Shown here: in pieces, positions 9,505 to 18,303 of the stretch
Layout: every line of letters starts with the position of its first letter
Position numbering within the stretch: position 1 is the stretch's first letter
NCBI GenBank assembly: GCA_963725865.1
Contig: CAVSAC010000014.1
Coordinates: forward strand, 64,001 to 128,000
DNA from: Candidatus Eiseniibacteriota bacterium
GTDB lineage: Bacteria > Eisenbacteria > RBG-16-71-46
Reading direction: 5' to 3'
Length of the DNA stretch: 64,000 nucleotides
Made by a program: the position numbers and the translations under genes
The notes under the pieces: generated by a model
What the model was told of the DNA's origin: nothing
The model's database searches: none
What the model saw: the letters and a program-made list of their open reading frames with translations, nothing else

Positions 9505-10172
9505 ACGAATGGGATGTGACAGGACGAATGCTCGCGGCGCTGGCCGGCGGCGGGCTGATCGGTCTCGAGCGCACCTTCCGCGGTCGCGCCGCCGGCCTGC
9601 GCACGTATGCGCTGGTCGCGCTCGGATCGGCGATGCTGGTCGCGGCCACTCAATACGATCTGGTGGCGGCGACGCACGGCGGCGGCGACCCCACGCGTGT
9701 CATCCAGGGGATCGTCACCGGCATCGGATTCCTGGGCGCGGGCGTGATCGTCAAGGAGGGATTCTCGGTCCGCGGGCTGACGACCGCGGCGTCGATCTGG
9801 GTGGCGTCGGCGATCGGCGTGGTCATCGGTGCCGGCCTTTTCCTCTCGGGCGCCGCGGCGGTGGCGCTCACGCTCATCGCCCTGGCGCTGTTGCGGCGGA
9901 TCGAGGATCGACTGCATGTGCAGAACTTCGTCCATTGCACGGTTTCCTTTCGGCGTGACCGCATCCCGGACGAGGATTGGCTGCGGCAGCTCGTTCGAAG
10001 GTTCGGTTTCGTCATCACCGAGCGCTCGTACCGCCTCGACGACGAGTCGCAACGGTTCGAGTACCGGACCGTGATGTGGTCGGTCGATCCGGAGGGCAGC
10101 CATCTGCTTCAGCAGAGCCTTCTCTCCGAGCCGGACGTCGTCGAGTTCCGCATCTCGCCAAGCCGGGATTGA
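9501..10172 (+). CDS. mgtC: MgtC/SapB family membrane protein
   Basis: IGLER...AGLRTYALV...DPTRVIQGIVTGIGFLGAG...GLTTAASIW; ATGA overlap with the RsbW-like gene. Confidence 0.88.
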   Translation: MNEWDVTGRMLAALAGGGLIGLERTFRGRAAGLRTYALVALGSAMLVAATQYDLVAATHGGGDPTRVIQGIVTGIGFLGAGVIVKEGFSVRGLTTAASIWVASAIGVVIGAGLFLSGAAAVALTLIALALLRRIEDRLHVQNFVHCTVSFRRDRIPDEDWLRQLVRRFGFVITERSYRLDDESQRFEYRTVMWSVDPEGSHLLQQSLLSEPDVVEFRISPSRD

Positions 10173-10367
10173 CGCCGGCGACCGCCGCGGGTCGGAGGGA
10201 GCCGGTCGCTGACCCCGCGTCCCGCGAAGGGCACTTCGCCGGTTCGGTGCTTCGTCGAATCCGAACGCGGCAGGGTGGCGCCGGTCATGCGAAAATGACA
10301 CGTTGAGCGGCGCATCCAGCATGGGCGCCGGCACCCTGGTCGACCCGCTCCCGGTATCGCGCACGCC

Positions 10368-13300
10368 ATGAACATCTCGGACTCCACTTCCCTGCCCGAC
10401 GCCAAAGTCGCGCCCGCCTCGTCCGGACAGGCGCGCCTCTGGTACCTGGATCAGCTCGAGCCGGGGCGGTCCGACTACAACGTCGCCATCGGATGGCGAC
10501 TGGCCGGCGCGCTGGACGTCGCCGCCCTTCGCGGCGCGTTCCAGCATCTCGTCGACCGCCACGAAATCATGCGCACGACCTTCGTCGCGATCGACGGCCA
10601 GCCGTGGCAGCGCATCGTTCCCCGGCGCGACGTCGACTTCGCGCTGACCGACCTCAGCGGCGTTGCCGCGCCGAGCCGTGAAACCGAACTGAGGCGATGT
10701 CTCGGCGAGGAGATCCGGCACCCGTTCGATCTCGTGGCGGGACCGTTGAGCCGGACGCGCCTCATCCGGCTGGACCCGCACGACCATGCGCTCGTCCTCG
10801 TCAGGCACCACACCATATGCGGCGGCGAGTCGGGCCGGATCACCGCGCGCGAATTGGGTGCGGCTTACGATGCGCTCAAGGCGGGGAGGGCGCCGGACCT
10901 GCCGCCGGTTCCCGGCCAGCACGCCGATTACGCCGAATGGCAGCGCGAAAATCTGACCCGCGAGCGGGTCGATGCCCTCGAAGCGTACTGGCGGCAGCGG
11001 CTCGCGGGCGCGCCGGCCGCGCTGACGCTGCCGACGGATCGGCCGCGACCTGCCGTCCGGCACTCGAACGGCGCGTGCGTGTCGTTTCGAATCGGCCGCG
11101 ATCTGGCGCGCGCCCTCCATGCGCTCGCCGACAGTGCGGCGGTCACGCTGCACATGACGCTGCTGTCGGCCTTCCAGGTACTGCTCGGACGCTATGCCGA
11201 GCAGGACGATGTCCTCGTCGGGACGCCGGTGTCCGCCTTCGGCCACCGAGAATTCCGGGGGGTGATGGGCTTCCTCGTCAACATCGTCGTGCACCGTGGC
11301 GATCTCGGCGGGGACCCGACCTTTCGCACGTTGCTGCAACGGACGCGCGTCAGCGCGCAGGAGGCCTACGCGCACCGGGATCTGCCGATCGAGCGCGTGG
11401 TCGCGGCGGCCGCTCCGGAGCGCCCTCCCGGCCGCGATCCGCTGTTCCAGGCGATGTTTACGCTGCAGGATCCCGAGACTCCTCCGGTCGCCCTCGCCGG
11501 GCTCACCTGCGTGCCGATCCGCGTCCGGAACACGACCGCCAAGTCGGATATCAGCCTGCTGATGTACGTCGAAGATGAGGGCCTTTCCGGCGAACTCGAA
11601 TACAACACCGATCTCTTCGAAGCATCGACGGTCGAGCGCATGGGGGCGCATTTCGTCAACTTGCTCGAAGAGGCCGTCCGCGATCCCGACCGGCCGATAT
11701 CGCGGCTGCCGTTCGTCACCGAGGCGGAGCGCCGGCGAATCGTCGTCGACTGGAACCGGACGGGCACGGATTTCCCGCGCGATTCGTCGATCACGGCGCT
11801 GTTCGCGGCGCAGGCGGAGCGCACACCGGACGCCATGGCCGTCATCGACGGCGCGCGCACGTTGACCTATGCGGGACTCGATCGACGCGCGAGGCGTCTC
11901 GCACGGAGGCTCATCGACCTCGGTATCGCGCCGGGCGCGAGGGTGGGCGTCTGCATCGATCGCTCGCAGGAGGAGATCGTCGCGTTCCTCGGCGTGCTCT
12001 ATTCGGGATGCGCGTATGTGCCCCTCGATTCCACGCACCCGCCGGAGCGCCTGGCGGCGATGCTGAAGGATGCGGAGGCTGCCGGCATCGTGACCACACC
12101 CGACGCTGCACACGGCCTCGCGCTGGCGATGGCCGGCTCCGCGCGGCCCGTGGTCAAGCTCTCCCCCGACGAGCCGGACGGAGACGACGCGCGCACGTTG
12201 CCGTCGCCCGGCGCCGCAGCCGACGACGTCGCCTACGTCATGTACACGTCCGGATCCACCGGCGTCCCGAAAGGTGTCGCGATTCCGCATCGCGCCGTCG
12301 TTCGGCTCACCTGCGATACCGACTACGTGCGCCTCGGCGCTGCCGACACCGTGGCCCATCTGTCGAATCCCGCGTTCGACGCGGCGACGTTCGAAATCTG
12401 GGGGGCGCTGCTCAACGGATCGCGAATCGCCGTCGTCCGGCGCGACGCCGTTCTCTCGATGAGCGCCTTCGCGGAAGCGCTCGATCGCCATGGCGTCACC
12501 GTGATGTTCCTCACCACGGCGCTCTTCAACCAGATTGCGCAGGACCTGCCCGCGGCGCTGCGCGGCCGCCAGGTCCTGTTCGGCGGCGAAGCCGTGGAGC
12601 CGCGCTGGGTAGATGCGGCGCTGCGGGACGGCCGTCCAGCGCGCCTGCTCCATGTCTACGGGCCCACCGAAACCACGACATTCGCGACCTGGCACGAAGT
12701 GCGGGCCGTCGACCGCAATGCAGCGACCGTGCCGATCGGTCGGCCGATTGCCAACACCGAAGTGTATCTGCTCGACGCCAATCGCGAGCCGGTGCCCCCG
12801 GGCGTGCCGGGCGAGATCCACATCGGCGGCCCGGGCCTTGCGAAGGGTTATCTCGGCCTGCCGGACCTCACCGCGGAGCGCTTCGTTCCCCATCCGTTCG
12901 ACCCGACGCCCGGCGCAAGGCTCTACCGCACGGGCGACCGCGCCCGCTATCGCGGCGACGGCACCATCGAATTCATCGGTCGCGTCGACCGGCAGGTGAA
13001 GATCCGCGGGCACCGGATCGAACCGGGAGAGGTGGAGGCGGCGCTCGCGCGGCTACCGAGCGTGCGCGATGCCGTGGTCGTGCTGCACGGCGCCACGTCC
13101 GAAACGCGCCGGCTGACCGCGTACGTCGTGCCTGCGAGGGGCACGCAACCGGTCCCCGCCGACATTTGGCGCGACCTCCGCCGCTCGCTGCCGGAATTCA
13201 TGATTCCGGCCGGCATCGTGATGCTCCCCGCGCTCCCTCTCACGCCGAACGGCAAGATCGACCGCCGCGCGCTGCCCGACCCCGTCGACCTGGTCGAGCA

Positions 13301-14291
13301 GCGCAAGGGATTTCACGTGCAGCCCAGTGACCCGCTCCAATTCGCGATCGCTTCGATCTGGAGGGACCTGCTGGGCGTCGCCAGCGTCGGAGTCCGCGAC
13401 AACTTCTTCGACATCGGCGGCCATTCGCTGCTCGCCGTCCGGATGATGTCCGCGGTCGAGCGTGCGACGGGCTACAGCGTTCCGCTCGCGTCGCTGTTCA
13501 CCGACCCGACGATCGAGCATCTCGCCGAGGCGCTGCGGGACGTGGCGCGCCCGTCCGGATCGATGGCCGTGCCGGTGACGACGACCGGCACGCGCCCCCC
13601 GCTCTTCTTCCTTCACGGCGATTTCAGCGGCGGGGGCTTCTACAGCCATGGGCTCGCGCGGGCGCTGGGCCCGGACCAGCCGTTCTATGCCGTGCACCCG
13701 CACGGGCTCGACAGTTCGAACATTCCCGACACGATCGAGGAGATGGCCCGGGATCGCCTGGCAGCATTGCGCGAAGCTCGCCCGCACGGACCCTATTTCC
13801 TCGCCGGGCACTGCAACGGCGCGCTCGTCGCGCTGGAAATGGCGCGGCAGCTTCTCGCGGAGAGCGAAGAGGTTCCCCTGGTCGTGCTGATGGATGCCGC
13901 GGTGCCCTGGCGCGCGCAGCCGGTCGGCATCAGCCTGACGATGGGCAATGCGCCGCCTCCGCGAAAGCGCGCAGCTGCCGCCCCGTTGGCTGGAGCGCCG
14001 GCGGCCGACGACACGCTCTTCAACCGCTATCGGCGCGTGATCGCCGCCTACGATCCGGCGCCGTATCCCGGCCGGCTCGCGGTGCTGCGATCGGAAACGA
14101 TGAAGGACGTCCGGCCCGAGATGGGATGGTCGGCGATCGGCCGGCAGGTCGAGCTGCACGCGATACCCGGCGACCATTTCACGTCGATCACGCGCGACAT
14201 CGCGACGACCGCGGCGCAGTTGCGTGCCTGCCTCGACAGCGCGCTGCGTTCCGCGTCGGGCGACGCGGGCGGGATTCGCACGCAGGCTTAG
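10368..14291 (+). CDS. Stand-alone monomodular NRPS (C-A-T-TE), 1307 aa
   Basis: C domain (QARLWYL, RHEIMRT, HHTICGG); A domain (YTSGSTGVPKG, YGPTE, YRTGD, LPLTPNGKIDR); PCP NFFDIGGHSL; TE GHCNG and PGDH. Confidence 0.96.
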   Translation: MNISDSTSLPDAKVAPASSGQARLWYLDQLEPGRSDYNVAIGWRLAGALDVAALRGAFQHLVDRHEIMRTTFVAIDGQPWQRIVPRRDVDFALTDLSGVAAPSRETELRRCLGEEIRHPFDLVAGPLSRTRLIRLDPHDHALVLVRHHTICGGESGRITARELGAAYDALKAGRAPDLPPVPGQHADYAEWQRENLTRERVDALEAYWRQRLAGAPAALTLPTDRPRPAVRHSNGACVSFRIGRDLARALHALADSAAVTLHMTLLSAFQVLLGRYAEQDDVLVGTPVSAFGHREFRGVMGFLVNIVVHRGDLGGDPTFRTLLQRTRVSAQEAYAHRDLPIERVVAAAAPERPPGRDPLFQAMFTLQDPETPPVALAGLTCVPIRVRNTTAKSDISLLMYVEDEGLSGELEYNTDLFEASTVERMGAHFVNLLEEAVRDPDRPISRLPFVTEAERRRIVVDWNRTGTDFPRDSSITALFAAQAERTPDAMAVIDGARTLTYAGLDRRARRLARRLIDLGIAPGARVGVCIDRSQEEIVAFLGVLYSGCAYVPLDSTHPPERLAAMLKDAEAAGIVTTPDAAHGLALAMAGSARPVVKLSPDEPDGDDARTLPSPGAAADDVAYVMYTSGSTGVPKGVAIPHRAVVRLTCDTDYVRLGAADTVAHLSNPAFDAATFEIWGALLNGSRIAVVRRDAVLSMSAFAEALDRHGVTVMFLTTALFNQIAQDLPAALRGRQVLFGGEAVEPRWVDAALRDGRPARLLHVYGPTETTTFATWHEVRAVDRNAATVPIGRPIANTEVYLLDANREPVPPGVPGEIHIGGPGLAKGYLGLPDLTAERFVPHPFDPTPGARLYRTGDRARYRGDGTIEFIGRVDRQVKIRGHRIEPGEVEAALARLPSVRDAVVVLHGATSETRRLTAYVVPARGTQPVPADIWRDLRRSLPEFMIPAGIVMLPALPLTPNGKIDRRALPDPVDLVEQRKGFHVQPSDPLQFAIASIWRDLLGVASVGVRDNFFDIGGHSLLAVRMMSAVERATGYSVPLASLFTDPTIEHLAEALRDVARPSGSMAVPVTTTGTRPPLFFLHGDFSGGGFYSHGLARALGPDQPFYAVHPHGLDSSNIPDTIEEMARDRLAALREARPHGPYFLAGHCNGALVALEMARQLLAESEEVPLVVLMDAAVPWRAQPVGISLTMGNAPPPRKRAAAAPLAGAPAADDTLFNRYRRVIAAYDPAPYPGRLAVLRSETMKDVRPEMGWSAIGRQVELHAIPGDHFTSITRDIATTAAQLRACLDSALRSASGDAGGIRTQA

Positions 14292-14358
14292 GGCGACTCG
14301 CTCGCAGGCGGGGCGGTTCGCACGCAGGCTTAGGGCGACTCGCCCGCAGGCGGGGAGG
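14275..14358. repeat. Tandem 2 x 42-bp direct repeat overlapping the NRPS stop codon
   Basis: TTCGCACGCAGGCTTAGGGCGACTCGC(T/C)CGCAGGCGGGG(C/A)GG at 14275-14316 and 14317-14358 (2 mismatches). Confidence 0.92.
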
Positions 14359-14412
14359 TTCGCGAGCGGGCTTATTATGGTGATTCGTGCGCCCGCTCGC
14401 GAACCTCCCCGC
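14350..14412. repeat. Perfect 22-bp inverted repeat with a 19-nt loop
   Basis: GCGGGGAGGTTCGCGAGCGGGC (14350-14371) / GCCCGCTCGCGAACCTCCCCGC (14391-14412); loop TTATTATGGTGATTCGTGC. Confidence 0.92.
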
Positions 14413-14454
14413 GCGCCCACCGATCCGTGGCGAAAAGCACCTTTCGCGAAGGGC

Positions 14455-14489
14455 AAAGAAAAAGCCGGGCATTGCGCCCGGCTTTCTTC
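14455..14489 (-). terminator. Intrinsic terminator of cspA (possibly bidirectional)
   Basis: AAAGCCGGGC-ATTGC-GCCCGGCTTT stem; the minus strand is followed by TTTTTCTTT. Confidence 0.85.
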
Positions 14490-14515
14490 CGCTGCTGCCT
14501 CCCGAGAACGGGAGG

Positions 14516-14719
14516 TCAGGCGGCCTGAATGTTGCTTGCCTGCTTGCCCTTCGGGCCCGTCGTCACTTCGAACGAGACCTTCTGGCCTTCCTTGAGCGTC
14601 TTGAATCCCGGCATGTTGATTGCCGAGAAGTGCGCGAACAGGTCTTCGCCGCCGCCATCCGGCGTAATGAATCCAAAGCCCTTGGCGTCGTTAAACCACT
14701 TCACTGTTCCAGTTGCCAT
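14516..14719 (-). CDS. cspA: Cold-shock protein
   Basis: [21 protein letters not shown] (RNP1), LFAHFSAI (RNP2); 67 aa. Confidence 0.97.
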   Translation of the reverse strand: MATGTVKWFNDAKGFGFITPDGGGEDLFAHFSAINMPGFKTLKEGQKVSFEVTTGPKGKQASNIQAA

Positions 14720-14880
14720 TTCAGTATTTCCTCACGAACAAACTAAAAATCGGGACGAATCCCGGCCAATGTTTCGATCTCAAGGAAAGAACGACGGTGG
14801 AACGACTGCAAAGCGGTCGTACAGGGCGTACTTACTGCCTTGAAACTAAAACACGTGGGGCAGGATACACAACTACCCCC
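14720..14880 (-). promoter_or_regulatory. Long AT-rich csp 5' leader/promoter
   Basis: About 150 nt of low-GC non-coding leader; TTTTAGTTT occurs twice; TTCAAG/CTTGAG pairing; GAGGA RBS; long structured leaders are typical of csp genes. Confidence 0.55.
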
Positions 14881-14973
14881 GTGCGCGCTAGTGGTATTTT
14901 TTGGGGGGCGGGTGTTTTTCGACTCCGGGACCGGCCGGGCGGGGGGCGATTGGGGGGAACCGGTCAGCCCCCG

Positions 14974-16002
14974 CTACCTACCCAGCTCCGCCCGGACGAG
15001 CGCGGCGCCTGCACCCAGCGCGCGGAGCTTGCCGCGGGCGACGTCGCGCGCGAGCGGGACCATCCCGCAATTGGTGCAGGGGTACAGACGCCCGGCCGGG
15101 ACGAAGCCGAGTGCCGCCCGGATCGTCGCGGCGACGTCTTCCGGCGTTTCGATGCGGTCGGTGGCGACGTCGATCGCCCCGACCAGCACGTCCTTCCCGT
15201 CGAGCAGCCCGATGAGCTCGATCGGAACGTGGGAGTTCGCGCATTCGAGCGAGACCTGCCCGATCGCGGAGCGCGCGAGCAGCGGAAACGTCTGCTCGTA
15301 CTGCCGCCATTCGGAGCCCAGCGTCTTCTTCCACTCGATGTTGGCCTTGATCCCGTAGCCGTAGCAGATGTGGACGGCGGTCGTGCAACGCAGGCCCTGC
15401 GCGGCGCGCTCCAGCGTCTTGACTCCCCAATCGCGGACCTCGTCGAAGTAGACATTGAACGCGGGTTCGTCGAACTGGATGACATCGGCGCCGACCGCCT
15501 CGATCGCGAGCGCCTCCTCGTTCAGGATCTCGGCGAACGCCCACGCCAGCTTTTCGCGGCTCCTGTAATGGGCGTCGTACAGCGTGTCGACCATCGTCAT
15601 CGGTCCGGGCAGCGTGTACTTGACCCTGCGGTCGGTGGCGCTCTTCAGGAATCGCGCGGCGTCGACGAACACGGGATGCCGCCGCGCGACCGGGCCGACG
15701 ACGACCGGAACGTCGGCGTCGTAGCGATTGCGGATGCGAACGGACCTCTTGTGCTGGAAGTCGACGCCGTCCAGAGCCTCAAGGAACGTCGTGACGAAGT
15801 GCCGGCGCGTCTGCTCGCCGTCGCTGACGATGTCGATGTCCGCCTGCTCCTGGTCACGCAGGACGAGGCGGACCGCGTCGCGCATGCCCTCGGCGAGCAC
15901 CTCGGATTCGAGTCGCCAGGGTGCCCAGAGCTCGTTGGGTGCCGCCAGCCAAGACGGCTTGGGCAGACTGCCGGCGATCGTCGTCTGGAGGAGTTTGGTC
16001 AT
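14974..16002 (-). CDS. mesD: Short (core-only) cobalamin-independent methionine synthase, MesD-like
   Basis: 342 aa; AGSLPKPSWL, SDGEQTR, QFDEP; Zn ligands HICYG, SLEC, TNCG; lacks the MetE N-terminal half. Confidence 0.82.
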   Translation of the reverse strand: MTKLLQTTIAGSLPKPSWLAAPNELWAPWRLESEVLAEGMRDAVRLVLRDQEQADIDIVSDGEQTRRHFVTTFLEALDGVDFQHKRSVRIRNRYDADVPVVVGPVARRHPVFVDAARFLKSATDRRVKYTLPGPMTMVDTLYDAHYRSREKLAWAFAEILNEEALAIEAVGADVIQFDEPAFNVYFDEVRDWGVKTLERAAQGLRCTTAVHICYGYGIKANIEWKKTLGSEWRQYEQTFPLLARSAIGQVSLECANSHVPIELIGLLDGKDVLVGAIDVATDRIETPEDVAATIRAALGFVPAGRLYPCTNCGMVPLARDVARGKLRALGAGAALVRAELGR

Positions 16003-16189
16003 CGAGGATTCCCCATTTGCGGATCGGGAGGCCGCGCCGATGCCGGAGCTGGCGGATTATAGGTGCCCCGACCCTCGCCCGTGGCGAGAATCGGTCAGGC
16101 CACTTGACCAATGCCCCGCGCGCCACGTACCGTGGCGCGTTCCCGAGCGTGCGCGCCGTTCCATCCGCCCCGATTGTCCAGGAATCTGC

Positions 16190-17155
16190 ATGCCCAAGAT
16201 ACTCTTCGCCGACAACAATTATCCCGACGTCGAGATCGAGCGGAAGTTGTTCGAGGCGGCCGGCGTCGAATTGGCAACCGCACAGTGCACGACCGAGGAC
16301 GACGTGATCGCCGCCGCCCGCGATTGCGCGGGGATCCTGCTGCAGTACGCTCCGATCACCGAGCGCGTGGTCGCGGCGCTGCCGGAACTCGGCATCGTGA
16401 GCCGGATCGGCGCGGGATTCGACACGGTCGACACCGAGGCCTGTGCGAAGCACGGGGTGTGGGTCGCGAATTCTCCGGACTACGGGGTCGGCGAGGTCGC
16501 CACGCACGCGCTCGCGCTGGCATTGGCACTCGTGCGCAACGTCGTCGCCTACCACCGCGACATCCACGCCGGGAAATGGCACTTCCTGTCGTCGGGCACG
16601 CTGCGCCGTGCCGGCGACATGACGCTCGGCATCGTCGGGCTGGGACGGATCGGCAAGCGGATGGCGCACGTCGGCCGCAACGTGTTCAGGCGCGTGGTCG
16701 CCTGCGACCCGTACATCATCGACGGCGACTTTCCCGCGTTCGTCGAGCGCCGCGATCTCGTTGCGCTGTTCGCGGAGAGCGACGTGGTGTCGTTGCACGT
16801 GCCGCTCAACGCGACCACGCGGGGAATGATCGACAATACGGTGCTGGGCGCGGCAAAGCCCGGCGCCTTTCTGGTCAATACGGCGCGTGGCGCCGTCGTC
16901 GACGTCGACGCCGCGCTGGTGGCACTCGACGGCGGCCGGCTCGCGGGCATGGGACTCGACGTGCTGCCGGTGGAGCCGGTCCCCGCCGATTCGAGGCTCC
17001 TCGGCCATCCGCGCGTGATCCTGACCCCGCATGCGGCGTTCTACTCGATCGAGTCGGAGCGGGACCTGCGGCGCAAAGCGGCGCAGAATCTCATCAGCTG
17101 GCTCGCGACGGGCCGGCCGGAATACGTCGTATCGGCCGGAACGCGCAGGCCCTGA
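16190..17155 (+). CDS. D-2-hydroxyacid dehydrogenase (CtBP-like)
   Basis: GIVGLGRIG Rossmann motif; [24 protein letters not shown]. Confidence 0.9.
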   Translation: MPKILFADNNYPDVEIERKLFEAAGVELATAQCTTEDDVIAAARDCAGILLQYAPITERVVAALPELGIVSRIGAGFDTVDTEACAKHGVWVANSPDYGVGEVATHALALALALVRNVVAYHRDIHAGKWHFLSSGTLRRAGDMTLGIVGLGRIGKRMAHVGRNVFRRVVACDPYIIDGDFPAFVERRDLVALFAESDVVSLHVPLNATTRGMIDNTVLGAAKPGAFLVNTARGAVVDVDAALVALDGGRLAGMGLDVLPVEPVPADSRLLGHPRVILTPHAAFYSIESERDLRRKAAQNLISWLATGRPEYVVSAGTRRP

Positions 17156-17184
17156 CGGGTCCGCCCTTTTTCGACAGGACAAGC

Positions 17185-18255
17185 ATGGCAGGCGTCGACA
17201 TCCGGGCAGTCCACAAGCAATTCGGGTCGACACATGTGATCCGTGGTGTCGACATCAAGATCGCCGATGGCGAGTTCTGTGTGCTGGTCGGGCCGTCGGG
17301 CTGCGGCAAGTCGACGCTCTTGCGGATGATCGCCGGACTGGAGGAGATCGGCGCCGGCGAAATCGCAATCGGCGGCACCGTCGTAAACCGCGTTCCGCCG
17401 AAGGAGCGCGACATCGCGATGGTGTTCCAGAACTACGCGCTCTACCCGCACATGACCGTGCGCGACAACATGTCGTTCGCGCTGATACTGGCCAAGCGGT
17501 CGAAGGCCGACGTCGAGCAGCGCGTCCAGAAGGCTGCCGATATCCTCGGTCTCGCACCCTATCTCGACCGTTACCCGCGGCAGCTGTCGGGCGGGCAGCG
17601 GCAGCGCGTGGCGATGGGTCGCGCGATCGTCCGCGACCCGCAGGTCTTCCTCTTCGACGAGCCGCTGTCGAACCTCGACGCCAAGCTGCGCGTCCAGATG
17701 CGCACCGAGATCAAGGAGCTCCATCAGAGGCTCAAGACCACGTCGATCTACGTGACGCACGACCAGATCGAGGCGATGACGATGGCCGACAAGATAGTCG
17801 TGATGCGCGACGGCGTCGTCGAGCAGATCGGCGGGCCGCTCGAACTCTACGACCATCCGTTGAACACGTTCGTCGCCGGGTTCATCGGGTCGCCGGCGAT
17901 GAACATGATTCCGGGCACCGCGCGCACGGCGGGCGGTGGTCTTACCGTCGAATTCTCCGGCGGCGTCGTACTGCGGGCGCCCGTGGGTGCCCGCGCCGAC
18001 AACGGCCAACCCGTGCTGTACGGCTTGCGCCCCGAGCACTGCGCGCTTGGCGCGGGAGGCCTGCCGGTGGACGTCGTCGTCGTCGAGCCGACCGGCGCCG
18101 ACACGCAGCTCTACTGCCGATTCAACGGCCAGGAGGTGACGGCGACGATCGGCGATCGCACCGACTGTCGCGCGGGAGACCGAATCAACCTTGCGCCCGA
18201 CCTCGGGCGCGCGCACCTGTTCGATGTGGCGAGCGGCCAGCGCCTGGTCGTGTGA
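17185..18255 (+). CDS. Carbohydrate ABC transporter ATPase (MalK/UgpC family)
   Basis: [36 protein letters not shown]. Confidence 0.95.
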   Translation: MAGVDIRAVHKQFGSTHVIRGVDIKIADGEFCVLVGPSGCGKSTLLRMIAGLEEIGAGEIAIGGTVVNRVPPKERDIAMVFQNYALYPHMTVRDNMSFALILAKRSKADVEQRVQKAADILGLAPYLDRYPRQLSGGQRQRVAMGRAIVRDPQVFLFDEPLSNLDAKLRVQMRTEIKELHQRLKTTSIYVTHDQIEAMTMADKIVVMRDGVVEQIGGPLELYDHPLNTFVAGFIGSPAMNMIPGTARTAGGGLTVEFSGGVVLRAPVGARADNGQPVLYGLRPEHCALGAGGLPVDVVVVEPTGADTQLYCRFNGQEVTATIGDRTDCRAGDRINLAPDLGRAHLFDVASGQRLVV

Positions 18256-18303
18256 ATTACAATCCGGGCTCCACGCACGAGCCCCTAACCGCAGGAGGAG
18301 TCG

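Noticed and set aside
9285..13013. 1242-aa ORF antisense to the NRPS, and similar long ORFs (1773-3776 +, 6074-7987 -, 17041-19788 -, 25841-28756 +, 40547-43357 +, 55323-58058 +)
   Set aside because: These are shadow frames of real genes in high-GC DNA: Arg/Ala/Gly-rich and with no recognisable motifs
14369..14393. dif (XerCD) site or integron attC in the hairpin loop
   Set aside because: No TTATGTTAAAT XerD arm, no RYYYAAC/GTTRRRY ends, and no integrase
14275..14412. Possible CRISPR mini-array
   Set aside because: The units are contiguous with no unique spacers, and no cas genes are present
16003..16189. SAM/SAH/cobalamin riboswitch upstream of the methionine synthase
   Set aside because: The -10 lies only about 55 nt from the ATG, and I could not recognise any aptamer consensus
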